Source of the DNA: Camelus ferus
Lineage: Eukaryota
Assembly: GCF_009834535.1 (NCBI RefSeq)
Contig: NC_045707.1
Coordinates: forward strand, 47,742,001-47,806,000
Length of the DNA: 64,000 bases
Direction: 5' to 3'
Shown: piece by piece, positions 38,158-50,150 of the stretch
Numbering within the stretch: the first letter of the stretch is position 1
How the letters are laid out: each line of letters starts with the position of its first letter
Translations under genes and position numbers: made by a program
Notes under the pieces: generated by a model
The model's database searches: none
The model's input: only the letters and a program-made list of their open reading frames with translations
Told to the model about the DNA's origin: nothing

Positions 38158-38349
38158 TTTTATTGAGATATAATTGACATACATCAGTACATAAGTTTAA
38201 GGTGTACAGCATGATGGTTTGATTTACATTTTTGTGAAATGATTACCATAAAGGTTTAAGTAAAACATCCATCATTTCATAGATATAATAAAAACATTTT
38301 TTTTTCCTTGTAATGAGATCCCTTAGGATCTAGTCTCTTAGCAACTTTC
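38158..38349 (-). mobile_element. L1MA-type 3' end fragment
   Basis: ttttattgagatataattgacatac...aaggtgtacagcatgatggtttga...tagtctcttagcaactttc. Possible TSD tttttctgg (38149-38157 / 38350-38358). Confidence 0.8.
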
Positions 38350-40504
38350 TTTTTCTGGGTGGTTGTTTTTTTTTTTTTTTTTTTTAATTGCTTGATTTGT
38401 GATATTGAACAAGTTACCCTGTCTCTCTGGGTCTTAGTAATCACATCATTAAAGTAAATAGAATAAACTACAAGATGTCAAATAGTACTACTTAGTTCTA
38501 ATATTTGATAACTTAGTGTTCCCTAAGTTAAAAATTGGGTGTTTTGTGGTTTTGATAACACTGATCTCTTAAGACTCTGGCTTACTTGGCATCAGGAGTT
38601 AAAGGAAAGAGCAAGCTCAGCAAATCTCTTTTGTTTTCCCTCAAAGTTTGAGCTGGGAGAGGGGATAACCTACCCAAGCTATCACACCATCATTATTCTT
38701 ATGGTGAGGCAACTTAACAACTAGTTTGCCTGTTTCCTGGTTGACATACCCAGGAATTATCATCATTACATGCTTCATGTATTGCTTAGTTGATGGACTG
38801 TAGTATTTTTGGAGTGGAAAATTTTGCAATACTCCCTTTCTTTTGATAGTTTTAAACCGTAGAACCACTATGAACAAATCAACTCTTTTTCGTATGTATT
38901 CATAATTGACTTTGAATTCTCATGCAGATCAATCTGATTGTAACCATTCTACATTGGACTAGGGCAATTCAGAACAGAGAGAAAGTAGTTCAGCATATTC
39001 ATGGTCATGAAATTGTAAACCATCTACAGTTTTTTGTTAGGTTACAAAAATATTGTACGTAAAGCTCTTTTAGAAATTCCTAAGTTTCAACTCCTCATCC
39101 AGGGATCTTTGCACTATATCACAAAACTACAAAAATAAGCAAAATATTTTCTGAGAGTAACTCAGTCTAACTCCTCAGATTACCAGAAAGCCTTTGCAAA
39201 TTCAGACATCATGGCACATAAATCTAACTGCTCCTATTCCTGGTTTTAAATGGGTTTCATAGGGACTAGACACCGAGGTATCTGAATTATGTACATATCA
39301 ATACTCAGCTTCCAGAAAGTGACTTGAATGATTAAATAGTAAATGTAGCTTTGCACACACAGCTTTTATTGAACATTTTTTAAAAACTTCCCACATTTAG
39401 GGGATAGACAATATTGCTTGACAGTAGTGAGCAATAATTGGTAATGTACACCACAGTTCACATTCAGGAATATTGCTGTGTGTAGGAGGGTGTTTAACTG
39501 GAATTGATCTTGGGATAGAAAGTTCATGGCAAAAAGGCTCTTCAGTAAGATAATCTGTACTTGTAAACTGCAAGGTTCTACATGAAGAATTTATGGTCAT
39601 AGCCAGCACTCAAGGAAAGCTTATGAAACTGAATTGAAGTTGTTCATGGCCAGTCAACCTTGGGGGAAATGGGAATACACTTTGGCATACTTAAAAGAAA
39701 ATGTCAAAACCTCTCAAATTTCAAGTGGTTTTTAGAGGATTTTTCAAGCTTTAGAGGCTTAAGGTTAAGCCAGTTCTTGTAATGTTTCAGAATTATAAAC
39801 TGAACTCCTAGAAATAAATTTATATTTAATCTTCTGCTTTCAATAGGGATATACCTATCATTCTGTATGTCTACACCTATTTATATTTATCACCTTTTAT
39901 CTTCCAAAGATGGCCATGAGTAGATTTGAGGCACAGACAAGGAAGAAAGATAGAGAAGTAAAAGGAGCAGGAATGGGAGGAAATAGAGGAGTAGTGGGGG
40001 AAGACGGAATGTTGAGCAAGAACTTAGCCAAATTTTATAAACAATTCTTGTCTTGAATAAGTTTCTTTTTATTTAGATGTTACTATTAAAAGTGATATTA
40101 TGATGAGCTTGGACTGCTTTTTTTAGTATAAATCAGCAGATAAAGATCTACTTTTTTTTCATTGATTTTCCTTCCCAGGAAAGGAACCCCTCATCTAGTT
40201 GTCAGGAATCTATTGTCCGTGTTCTTCTATATCTAAAATGGAATCCTCCTGGATTTCCAGTAGAGAGCCACAGGGCAAGCTGGCTTTCACATCTTTCATG
40301 TCAGTGAATGCAGAAGTTAGTCCATTGGCTCCAATGGTTGAGAATTCCACTTTCTCTCTCATGACTGCCTTTGTACCTTCCTGAAGCTGTGTACTTGGAT
40401 AAAAATGATAGATGACCCACCCAAATAGAAATGATCATTCTTTCATTAGGTTTATAGCTCTCTAAATTTGAATTGAACTATACACAGTTTTTGTTAAAGA
40501 AAGT

Positions 40505-40865
40505 TTATCAGTCATCCTTTGCCAGGTAATGCTGTGGTAACAAATAACCCAAAATTTTAGTGCCTTACAAGAGTAAAAGCTAATGTTTTGCTCATGTTAC
40601 GTGGTGGCTGTAAGTCAATCATAGCTCTGTCTGTCATCCTCTTCACCTTGAAATCCAGGTTGATAGAGCCTCATTTGAATACATGATGGGCCTTGTGTCA
40701 GAGAGGAAAGAGAGAGAGGTGGTGGAACCTAACAACTGCTCTCAAAGCTTTTGCACATGTCACTTCCACTGCTATGTCATTTGCCAGAGGAAATCACATG
40801 GCTGAGTCTTATAGGAATGTAAAATCCTCCCACATGGAGACACATCCTTAAAATCATACCATACA
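40505..40865 (-). mobile_element. Old MaLR LTR (MLT1J/K-like)
   Basis: gctgtggtaacaaataacccaaaattttagtgcctta...cacatgtcacttccact...aatcacatggc. Confidence 0.65.
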
Positions 40866-40957
40866 CTGACTTGGTTATTCTATTCACTTCTCAGAATGAA
40901 AAAATAATTTGATTTCTAGACCTTGTATCACTTAGCTTTTTCTTTCTCACAGGCAAC

Positions 40958-41580
40958 ATTCATTCATTCATTCATCCTTTCAAAAATATTGAATGCCCCT
41001 TATGGTCCACACACTAAGCCAGGTGCTGAGTTGTGGCAACAGGTGGTCAGTTTCTGCCCTCATGGACCTTACTTTTTAAGGGGAGTGACCCAGACAAATC
41101 AAGTAATCACACATAGTTATAAACCATGATGGTCACTAAGAAGAAAACTTACAGAGTACTCTAAGAACATATAGGAGACCTGACTTACTTTATGTCTCTG
41201 TGAAGTCTCCTTTGAGGAAACAACAGTTGAGCTGAGAGCTGAAGGGAGGATGGCAGTTAACTATATAAAGGACGAAGGGAAAATAATTCAAAGAAGCTGC
41301 AAAAGCATATGCAAAGTTCCCAAGGTGTGAGGAAGGGAAAGAAAGGTCGGGAGGGAGTTCAAAAAGCAAAGCAGCACACAATGTGAGAAGCAGATAGGGT
41401 AAGTTTACTCAGGGCTTGTACACCATGTTAAGGGTTTGGTCTTTATCCACTGAAAGGTCTTAGAAGGGAGTGATATGAAAAATTAGAATTTTTAGATGTT
41501 GCTCTGGTTGGCATGTGAAATGGATTAGAGAGTGGCAAATGGATGGCAGGATAGCAACATGAAGTCTTTTGCAAGAGTAG
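40958..41580 (-). mobile_element. L2 3' fragment
   Basis: cattcattcattcat...tgccctcatggaccttac...tttgaggaaacaacagttgagctgaga...ccatgttaagggtttggtctttatcc. Confidence 0.75.
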
Positions 41581-41786
41581 AGATAGGAATTTCTGCTCAG
41601 TGCACAACTGGCATCTAAAAGTTGGATGGCATACTGCTGATATTCTGGCTCTCTTAGTCCTAACATTTAAATTAAAAAAATCAATCTAGCAGGAAAAAAA
41701 ATCTAAATTGGCCTCTGGTTCATGATTCACAGCACTATTCAAAATATAACTCAAGCCAAATAATCTCAATTATACCAAGAGTATAG

Positions 41787-41915
41787 ATCTCTGACCCTCT
41801 AATAACTTCAATGATGGGCTTCAGGGAATCCATGAAGCTCCTGAAATTCCATGAAAATTGTGTTTGATTATGCATATTTGTTATTCTTGGGAGATAGTCC
41901 ATAACCACAGGTTTA
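41787..41915. mobile_element. MER103-like hAT remnant
   Basis: gatgggcttcagggaatccatgaagctcctgaaatt...ttgggagatagtccata. Confidence 0.6.
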
Positions 41916-42544
41916 CTGCTTGGTGGGGGGGTGGGCATGAATCTGATAAAATTTATGGGCTATGCCTTTTCTATAATCTTCCCACCTTCTCCAGTGACCT
42001 TGGAGGCCACTTTTTGAAACTGGCAATATCACAGGATGAAAGAATCCTTGATTACTGAGTCATGGAGGCAGCCAGAAGAGCTATTCGCTATGAAAACCTG
42101 CATTGGATTTTGGTGATTAAGAAATAAATTTTTATTATCTTATGCAATTGAGATTTAGGGTTATTTGTTACAGCAGTCAGTCTACCCTGGTATACAAAAA
42201 CAACATCTCTCGTAGGAAGATATGGCAAAATGGATGTGTTGGCTGGGGAAAAGTTCTTTTTGGATTTCTTCCTAGAACCAAGAAATAATGCTGCCTTGCA
42301 GGCCATGGTTTCTTGGTGTCATTTTGCAATGTGTAAGTTATGCTGAGCTCAGATTTCTTACAAATCCAGTCCTTAGTTGCGTGAAAGGATGATTACCGCA
42401 GATAGCTAATGTAAATAGCTTTTAACTACATGAGAAAAATTTTAGTAAGGTGAAAGAGAGACATGTTTTAAAAAATGGGGAGAGATATTAATTAATTCAT
42501 TTAACAAATATTTGTTTATTGAGTTTCTTTAGTGTGCTTTAAAA

Positions 42545-43110
42545 TGTACCCAGGATTTTGTCTTAGTCAGATATGTTAAGGTAACAGACACAGAAACAAC
42601 TGTTTTTGGGAAAAAAGAGCTTTTTGCTTACAGTTCCCAAGAAGAAGAGATACACCAAGCAAAGCAGGGCTACATGGAGAAGCACCAGAATTGGTCAGGA
42701 GGCAGAAGGAGTGAGGGGAAAGTATGGCAATAGACTTTACTTTGGTTTTTGTGGGAAAGAATGGGCAAGCAGGGTAAACAGCTGAGCAGGCTTAGGATGA
42801 AACAGTTAGAATAATTTTGGCAGGCTCTGGGCTATGGAAGTGATTTGATAGTTGTCCAGTACCTGACTCTTGGGGTGACTGAGGACAGGCAGATAGTGTC
42901 CCAGGTTGCAGGTGTCTGATAAAAGGAGGTGGATGGGAGTATGGACTCAGGATGGGTTGGTTTGTGTATAAAAGGTGTGCTTACAGGCAAATGGTTTAAT
43001 ATCTCTAGCAATTAGCTAATCCTGGGATGAGCAGTTCCTCCTCAGTCCAAAAGGTCCCTAGATGTCAAAGCATCATGAAATACAGAAAATTTAAAAGCAT
43101 GATTAATGTA
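42545..43110 (-). mobile_element. ERVL-type solo LTR, MER76/MER77-like
   Basis: Minus strand starts ..ATTAATCATGCTTTT..TTTTCTGTATTTCATGATGCTTTGACATCT; internal ggtcaggaggcagaaggagtgaggggaaa. Confidence 0.7.
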
Positions 43111-45896
43111 TAATGTACCAGACATATTTTAAGAAATAAGTCACCAGGGTTTATGTAAATCAAATTAACTAAATAATTAAAGGGACACAGACTTACTAAC
43201 ATTCAACGGACATGGTTAGTGTCTCATTACTCCACACCATGGAAGTCATTTTGACCACTACACATTCCTACCAAAATTACTCACTCAAATAAATACATCC
43301 AGTTGTTTAAGACTAAAATAAAGTTGTAGGTATTTCAGATTACTAAAAGGAGGTTCTCACAGAATTGTCTAAGTACTTCAGGGTTCAAATCAGAGTTTAT
43401 ATTGAAACATGAACTCAGAAAGTATGCAGAGACTACATTGGTTCTGGAAGAGAGATACAATCCCCCTTAACAAATACCTGTAACTTCCAACCTCCCCCAA
43501 CCCCTCAAGAACAACATTCTAGGCTATAGTCCAATATCTAAAACTTTTCAAGGACTCTCCATTGCTTATTACCAACATTTTCCAACTTTAGTCATTCATA
43601 GACCACCCTCTCAATTTTTGCTATATCTGTGTAATACCTTCTTTTGTATTTTCTTAATTTTTACTATAAGTCAACTCACTATGGTATTATCTATGTTTGC
43701 TTCATCTTAAGCAATTTCTGTATGTATATAATTTCGGATTTAATGTGATCATTACTTTTTTTTTCTAACTTGTATAAAAATAAATACAAAACTAGTAAAA
43801 ATCTTTAAAATATTGTTTGTATACCATGGAACAACACATCAATAACTGCCAGTGGTGCCCATGCCACCCTGTGGGAAATCCCAGCTGAAAGGTGGTGTTC
43901 AGTCGACTGAGGGCACTTCCCAAGGCTCCTCACTATGGGGGCCCTGACTCCCTCTTTTCTACCATCCTCTTCAATCTTCTGCGCATCAGTCATGATGACT
44001 GACCTTAACTCCCTGACTGTGCTATACTTTGTCTTGCTTCCATGCCTGCCTGAACAGGTTCTGTGCCTTTAATGCTGCCCTCCCCAACCTCAGATAGGCC
44101 CTTAGGCTGCTTCTAAAAATCCCCCATAGCTCTGTGGAAAGGCTTCTCTCCAGGCTCTTCTTCCTAATCCAGCCCCAAACCTGTGCTGCCTCCAGTTCCT
44201 GGTTTGCTACTGATGATTTTTGCCTTCCTACTTGGTCCCATTGGGATTATCTGTGGGCATTCTTTTCCTCTGGGTTTAGTTCTACCTTTATTCCTGAATG
44301 CTGCCGTTGGGGGCTCTCTGGTTTCAAACTCTGAAGTCCCTAGGCCAATCCTATCCCATTTCACTCAGTTTTTCATTCTAGGTTCCTAGAACCTAAATCA
44401 GAGTACACCATTGCAGACTTCCCACCTCACCCAAGGGGAAAACAAGGTTTTCCATGGCTGTTCCCTCTGCCTGGAATGCTCTTCCTCTCCTTGGTCTTCT
44501 GGTATGCTCCTAGTTGGCTCAAAAAACTCAGTTCCAATATCACCATTTCCTGGGTGCCTTCTTGCCCTCCTGAGGCAGAGATCTTTTTCCTGTTCTTTTG
44601 TCTCATTGAACTTACTATAATGGCTGTAATTATTGGTCTAAATATCTGTCTCTTCCTGCTTGTTTGAGGGCAGGGAATATATTTTAGTTATTTTGTTTCC
44701 CCAGCAGTTAACACAAGGCATAGTACTTAGACAGTGCTTATTAAATGATGTTATTGAATGCATGATTAAATTAATAAACTGGAAATATTAACTAATATGT
44801 ACTTTGTAATAGAGTTTTTAGATTTAGTTCTTGAATATGATGCAGAAATGGAAAGAGAGGTGCTTCTACAATAAAATGATATGAGGAACCATTGTCATTG
44901 AGCCCCCTTGCCTCCCATTCCCCAGTCCCCACACTCCCACCCCCAACTCCTACCCCTCCTCCTGGGCACTGGAGGCCCATGGGATAGCAAGGACTTTTAC
45001 TTACAAGATGGAGCAGGAAGTGGCCTGTGAACCAGGGGTGAGATGTCACGTTCACGCCCAGTCCCCAGAGATTCACTAAACGAAGTCTTGTGAAGAATTT
45101 TGTTAGGGCTAAATATTAGGAAAAACACTGGATTATTACACAGTACATTTTTCCCTAGTTTAAGCTAAAGGGAAAAAAAGTGAAAAGAGGGGGAAAGGCC
45201 AAAATTAAACAAGCCAGCTGGTTTAACTTCTCTTTTTACATATTTTCCTTTGCAATCCTCTCTTAGTCATAAAGTCTTTCTCAACCACTTCACAGCTTTT
45301 CATTTGGCTGAAATTTTTTCAGCTTTTTCTACATGCAAAAAAAAAAAAGTGCAGAATGAAAGGCTGAGTATACTGTGACTTTATTCTCCCTCTCCTCTAT
45401 CCTTCCTCTCCCACTGAGACACACACACACACCATACACACACATACTATCCAACCGTGCCTGTTTAAAACCAGTTTCTGATAACAGCTACCCAGAAACA
45501 GGATCTCTGCTCTTTTTGAGAAACAAAGCCCATCTTTCTCGAGGTGCAAAGAATATTAGATGTTACTCCCCACTCCCTCCTGCCTGCCAGTGTCACACAC
45601 TCCACTCCCCAGTCTACTTGCAGGCACGGCTTCGGAAGGAGCAAGATGAACAGCTGCTGAGCCACAATAGTTCCTTACAGAGCCAGTAAATAGACAAGGC
45701 CTAAGTTTCTTGACCTTCTCCACCTCTGCTCTCTGCTCAGAATGAGTGTTTTGATTCCGGGCTATGAGGGGGAAGGGAAGGAGGATAAGGGAGGCTCCTT
45801 TTTCACTTTGCCTTCCCTGTCCTTAAAAATAAAAGAGAGGCGTGTTCATTGGGAAATTTTGCTTAGTAATTTTGTTCCCAGTCTTAAAAAACAACC

Positions 45897-45984
45897 AAAA
45901 AAAAAAAAAAAAAAAACCACCCAAAAAGAATGTTGTGTGGCATGTGTCACACGCATGCACGTGTGTGTGTGTGTGTGTGTGTGT
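45897..45984. repeat. A20 tract and (GT)12 microsatellite within a 37-bp alternating purine-pyrimidine run
   Basis: A-run 45897-45916; cacacgcatgcac(gt)12 at 45948-45984. Confidence 0.9.
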
Positions 45985-46900
45985 CTGTGTTTCACATTCC
46001 ATCTTGAGAGAAGTTGCTCCACAAAAGACGCCACTCTTTCCTTCAGAGGCTGGGTGATTTGCTCAGTGGAGGAGAATCTCACTGGTATTATTCCAGCAGG
46101 TCACTGCAGTTGGACACGCTGGCCAGCGAGGGGGACTTTGAACACTGGTAGCAATTCAGCATTTCCAAGTGGGTAAAGATAACATTAGCTCCTTCAAAGA
46201 AGCAAGTCGGAATCCATATGCTCTGTTCAGCTCTCAGACAAGGACCACCCAATAATGCCTTTCACTGTGTGATAAAGGGGCGTTTCTTTCTACAAACTCT
46301 TCTTACTGGGCTGGGAACGTTTCATTTGTGTGGAGTGCCAGTGTAACCCTGGCTTGGTGGCTGCGAGCTGCATTTTGGAAGTGCCGGTCACCCCAGTCCA
46401 TTGCCATACGAGCTTCCAACAGAGCAGCCTGATGCAGTGGATCCTTTCTTTTTTGAAAAAGTCAGCGCGTGAGAAGTAAATCAAAGCTGCGAGCCTTGCT
46501 TGCAAGGATGCCTCTGTGCAGAGAGCTCAAAGGAGATGCTGCTCACCCTCGCCCCTCACTAACAAAAGACCCACTAATCCTGATTCCCTTACACAAAAAC
46601 AAAGTGTAAAACCAGCCTGGGGACTGGAAATAAAATGAATGCTGTGGGAGCAGCTGGCACATTAATGCCCCCGAAAGCACTGGGTGGCACCTCACCCTGA
46701 AACCCAATCACCCTGTCTCTGTGGGGACTGGGGTGGGACTTAGTTTTGCTACAACACAATGAAGTATATTTTTAACAAATAAATACGATTTTGGCAGAAT
46801 GTAGGCATTGTTAGCCGGTAAATGCTTTACACACTCGCTGTAACTCTGTACCTCTTCTGTTCTCAGCCACCGGCCCCCCAGGAGTAAAAGCTGGGGAAAG
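45940..46900. promoter_or_regulatory. Candidate enhancer or alternative promoter (repeat-poor, CpG-retaining, clustered TCF/LEF, GATA, TEAD and TAATCC motifs)
   Basis: About 20 CpGs in under 1 kb by eye. CTTTGAA 46136, TTCAAAG 46193, ATCAAAG 46480; AGATAA 46177, TGATAA 46270; ACATTCCA 45994; TAATCC 46575. Motif evidence only. Confidence 0.4.
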
Positions 46901-48652
46901 AAGTGAATGCCCACAAATGCATTAAATCAGAAAACAATGGCTGTGCCCTCATTTTACAATCAAATACCACTTCTTCTGATGAGCCATTGTCTAAACCACC
47001 CTCGGTGATTTTATTTGCATTTCCTGAAGGCTGAAATCTTGCCTTACAGCTAGCAAGGTTTGTGTTTGATCACTGTTTTCTGAATTCTGTCTTTTGTCGG
47101 CTTCACTTCTTCTCAGAGTAAACCCAGCCCAGACTTCTGGGAAATCTAAGTACCAAATCTTCAAGGCAGGTTAGATAAAGAGTTATGTTTAGAAAGCTAT
47201 GTAGTTTTATTTGATTGTCTTGGTGTCAATGTCTGCTGATTCTGGGACTGACGATGAACAAAGTTGAGGAACACAGCCAGCTTTTCCTAGTATGTCAGCC
47301 ATGTCCCATGCTGGGAATTCACAACTGCTGTGTGGTGGCTTGGGGGAGATTTATTAGGAAAGAGTAAGTTTTAGTTAATTCCAACAGCTCAGTGAAGTCA
47401 TTGTGATTCATCCAAGAGTCCAGGTATTTCCTCCAAGGGAGGGAGAACTGTGAGGGAAAAGTGAGAGAAATATGTTGAAAAAGAGAATCATGGAAGAGAA
47501 AGAACATTCACTTGGGATTCAGGCTGCAAACAGAGAAAATCCCAGAGAAAGGAGCCCTTCTCTTTTTCTGAATGCTGCTCTCAGCTCCCCACGGCTCAAG
47601 GCCTCTCATAATTGGAGTGCTTCCCAGGGCTGCTGAGTGTGATCACACTTAATTTCAAGTAGCAAAGTCCATTTCAACCCATATTTTCACACTGATAGAG
47701 TGAATCTGAATAATAGCTATATTGAGGCTGGTTTTTAGATGACTTGCCTGGCCAATATGAATGTTACTTTTTAAAAAGACAATGTGTTTAATAGTTTAGA
47801 AACATCCTTTAGTTGATCCCAGAATGACCTCAGGAATCCTGTCAAGTGCAGCTTTTTGAATATGCTGGTCCAAAAGGAAGATTGTCTTCCAGTGTTCCCT
47901 CCCAGATTTAGCTTACTCTGTCTCTAGTGGGATTTTCACCCTGGCCCAGCCTAAGCGCCATCAAAACCTCTGCCTTCTCTTCAATTCCCTGATACCTTGG
48001 CTTCAGAGTCTAACTTGATTTTCTTTGTCTTCCTAGCATCTGACCAACCTTTCTCTGTATTTCATTGGTTTTGTTTCCTTTTCCAGGTCTCTCAATTGGA
48101 ATCATTTCCCAAGGTTTGGTTTCTGGTTGTGTCACAGGATGCTTGTGCCCAGTGAAGCCTGGCTTTTCAGGGACCCAAAATGGCACAGCAGTTCCAGATT
48201 TCATGCCAAGACAGACAGAACAACTTCTAGAGGAAAACAAGAGGCCATCTCCTCTCAGGCCTCCTAAGGAGCTTCCTAATGGGATTGTCAAATCTCCTTG
48301 CCTAGATTTGTATCCCATGCACATTCCAAACAGAGATGGGAAAGACCATCATTGGCTTAGACTAACGAGGATCCACCTTCTAGATCCAGGTACAACTTTG
48401 TGCAAAGCTCACGATTGAGAAGAGGTAGGGTGTTAACGGAACCAAATAAGAATTCAGTTAGGAAGGTCGAAGTGGGGAAATGGTGTTTGGGAGACAACAG
48501 TGTCTACCACACTGCTTTTCTTCATCTTTCCTTGGAAACTCATGGGCTCTTAGATTTTAATAAGCTCAATGCAGTTGAATCTCTTCATAATCTTTGGCCA
48601 GGATGCCTCCTGATTTCCAGTTACACATTCACATTCAAAGTTGTGATCTGTA

Positions 48653-48893
48653 GGATGTGAGGGCAATCTGGCTGTGACATCTGTCACCCCGTTGATTGCC
48701 AGGGTTGATTCAGCTGATCTGGCTGGCTAGGTGGGTGTCTCCTTCCTTCCTCACCACTCCATATGCGTCCCTCCTGAAGCTGCATGCTCAGTCGAAGAAG
48801 ACAACCATCCCCAATAGAGGCGGACCGTATTTCTCCGTCAAGGGTATACGAGTAGCTGCGCTCCCCTGCTAGAACCTCCAAACAAGCTCCCAA
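48653..48893 (+). pseudogene. RN7SK: 7SK snRNA retropseudogene, 3'-truncated (about nt 1-240 of 7SK), no poly(A) tail
   Basis: Begins exactly at the 7SK 5' end (GGATGTGAGGGC.ATCTGGCTG.GACATCTGTCACCCC) and stays colinear with remembered 7SK through ...GGGTATACGAGTAGCTGCGCTCCCCTGCTAGAACCTCCAAACAAGCTC. Many differences are CpG>TpG/CpA. Flanked by TSD caaagttgtgatctgta (48636-48652) / caaaggtgtgacctgta (48894-48910). No T-run terminator and no obvious Pol III type-3 promoter. Confidence 0.96.
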
Positions 48894-49640
48894 CAAAGGT
48901 GTGACCTGTATTCTAACTATGTAGTTGAAATTCAACTTCCCTTTCTTCTTACCTACTTCCCTCATACTCCATCCTCTTGACCTCCCAATCTCTGTTTATG
49001 GTGGCGCCATTCTCTTTACCATGTAGGCTTTGTCTTCATTACCTCCCTTCCCCCAGTCTATAGTCACTTAGTCACCAAGTCTTGTTGATTCTTCTTTGGG
49101 GGGACTTCTCTCATTCCTCTCTTTATTTCCATGCACCTAGACCAGCTGCTTGACGGGTCTCTTTTATTTTAGTCTCTTCATGTAGTAAAAAGATATCATA
49201 TACATCTTCCAATCCAACATTTCAGTCATATCATCCCTCTACTAAAAAAGATCTTTATTCCTATTATCTAAGATTTAACACAAACTCCTTAGCCTCGTAT
49301 TCAAATTGGCCTTCCTCAACTGCATTCCAATCTTCCTTTTCAGATATTTCTATTACTACTTCTCTATATGAACCCTTCATCAACCATAAAGTCCCTCTCA
49401 TAGTCTCTCTAAACACATCTTGTACTTAGAAAGAGATGAGGTAGATTTGACTTCAGAGCTTGCCACTTGCTAGCTGTAAGTCTTTGGGCACACTACCTCA
49501 CTTTTAGGAGACTCAGATTTTTAATCTATAAAATGATGTTTAGGTGAGGCATAAGTAAGAATAAGAATGTTCTTTGACTGTTTACTACTTTGGCATATTT
49601 AATGGGAAATATTATCTCTGTACTCAAGTATATTGGTCAA

Positions 49641-50150
49641 TGCATTAATTATCTATTGCTGCATAACAAAGTACCTCAAAAACTTAATGGCTGAAAATAG
49701 TATTTATTGCAAAGTTTCTATAGGCCAAGGACCTGGATGTGGCTTTTGACTCAAGATTTTTTAATGAGGTTTCACTCAAGTTATTGGCAGGGACTGAGAT
49801 CTCATCTAAAGTCTCAGCTGGGTTGGAGCACCTACTTCCAAGCTCACTCATGTGGTGTGGGCAGGTCTTGATCCCTCAGCACATAAGCCTCTACACAGGG
49901 CTGTCTCACAACATGGCAATGGCTTTCTCTAGGTGACTAATCTAAGAGACAGCGTGAGAGTACACCCAAGATGAAGGCCACATTTTTAAAAAATAACCTA
50001 ATTTCAGAAGTGACATTCTGTCACTTATGCTACAATTTATTCATTAGAAATGAACCAAGAAGTCCAGCCCATACTCAAAGGGAGGAGATTATACAAGGGC
50101 TTGAATACCAGTAGGTAGGTGTCACTGGCAGCCATCTTAGAGGGTGCCAC
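49641..50150 (-). mobile_element. Old MaLR solo LTR (MLT1F/G/H-like)
   Basis: tctattgctgcataacaaa...cttaatggc at the start; agtccagcccatactcaaagggagg...gcagccatcttagag at the end. Confidence 0.8.

Noticed and set aside
48684..48965. 93-aa minus-strand ORF
   Set aside because: It is the antisense reading of the 7SK pseudogene.
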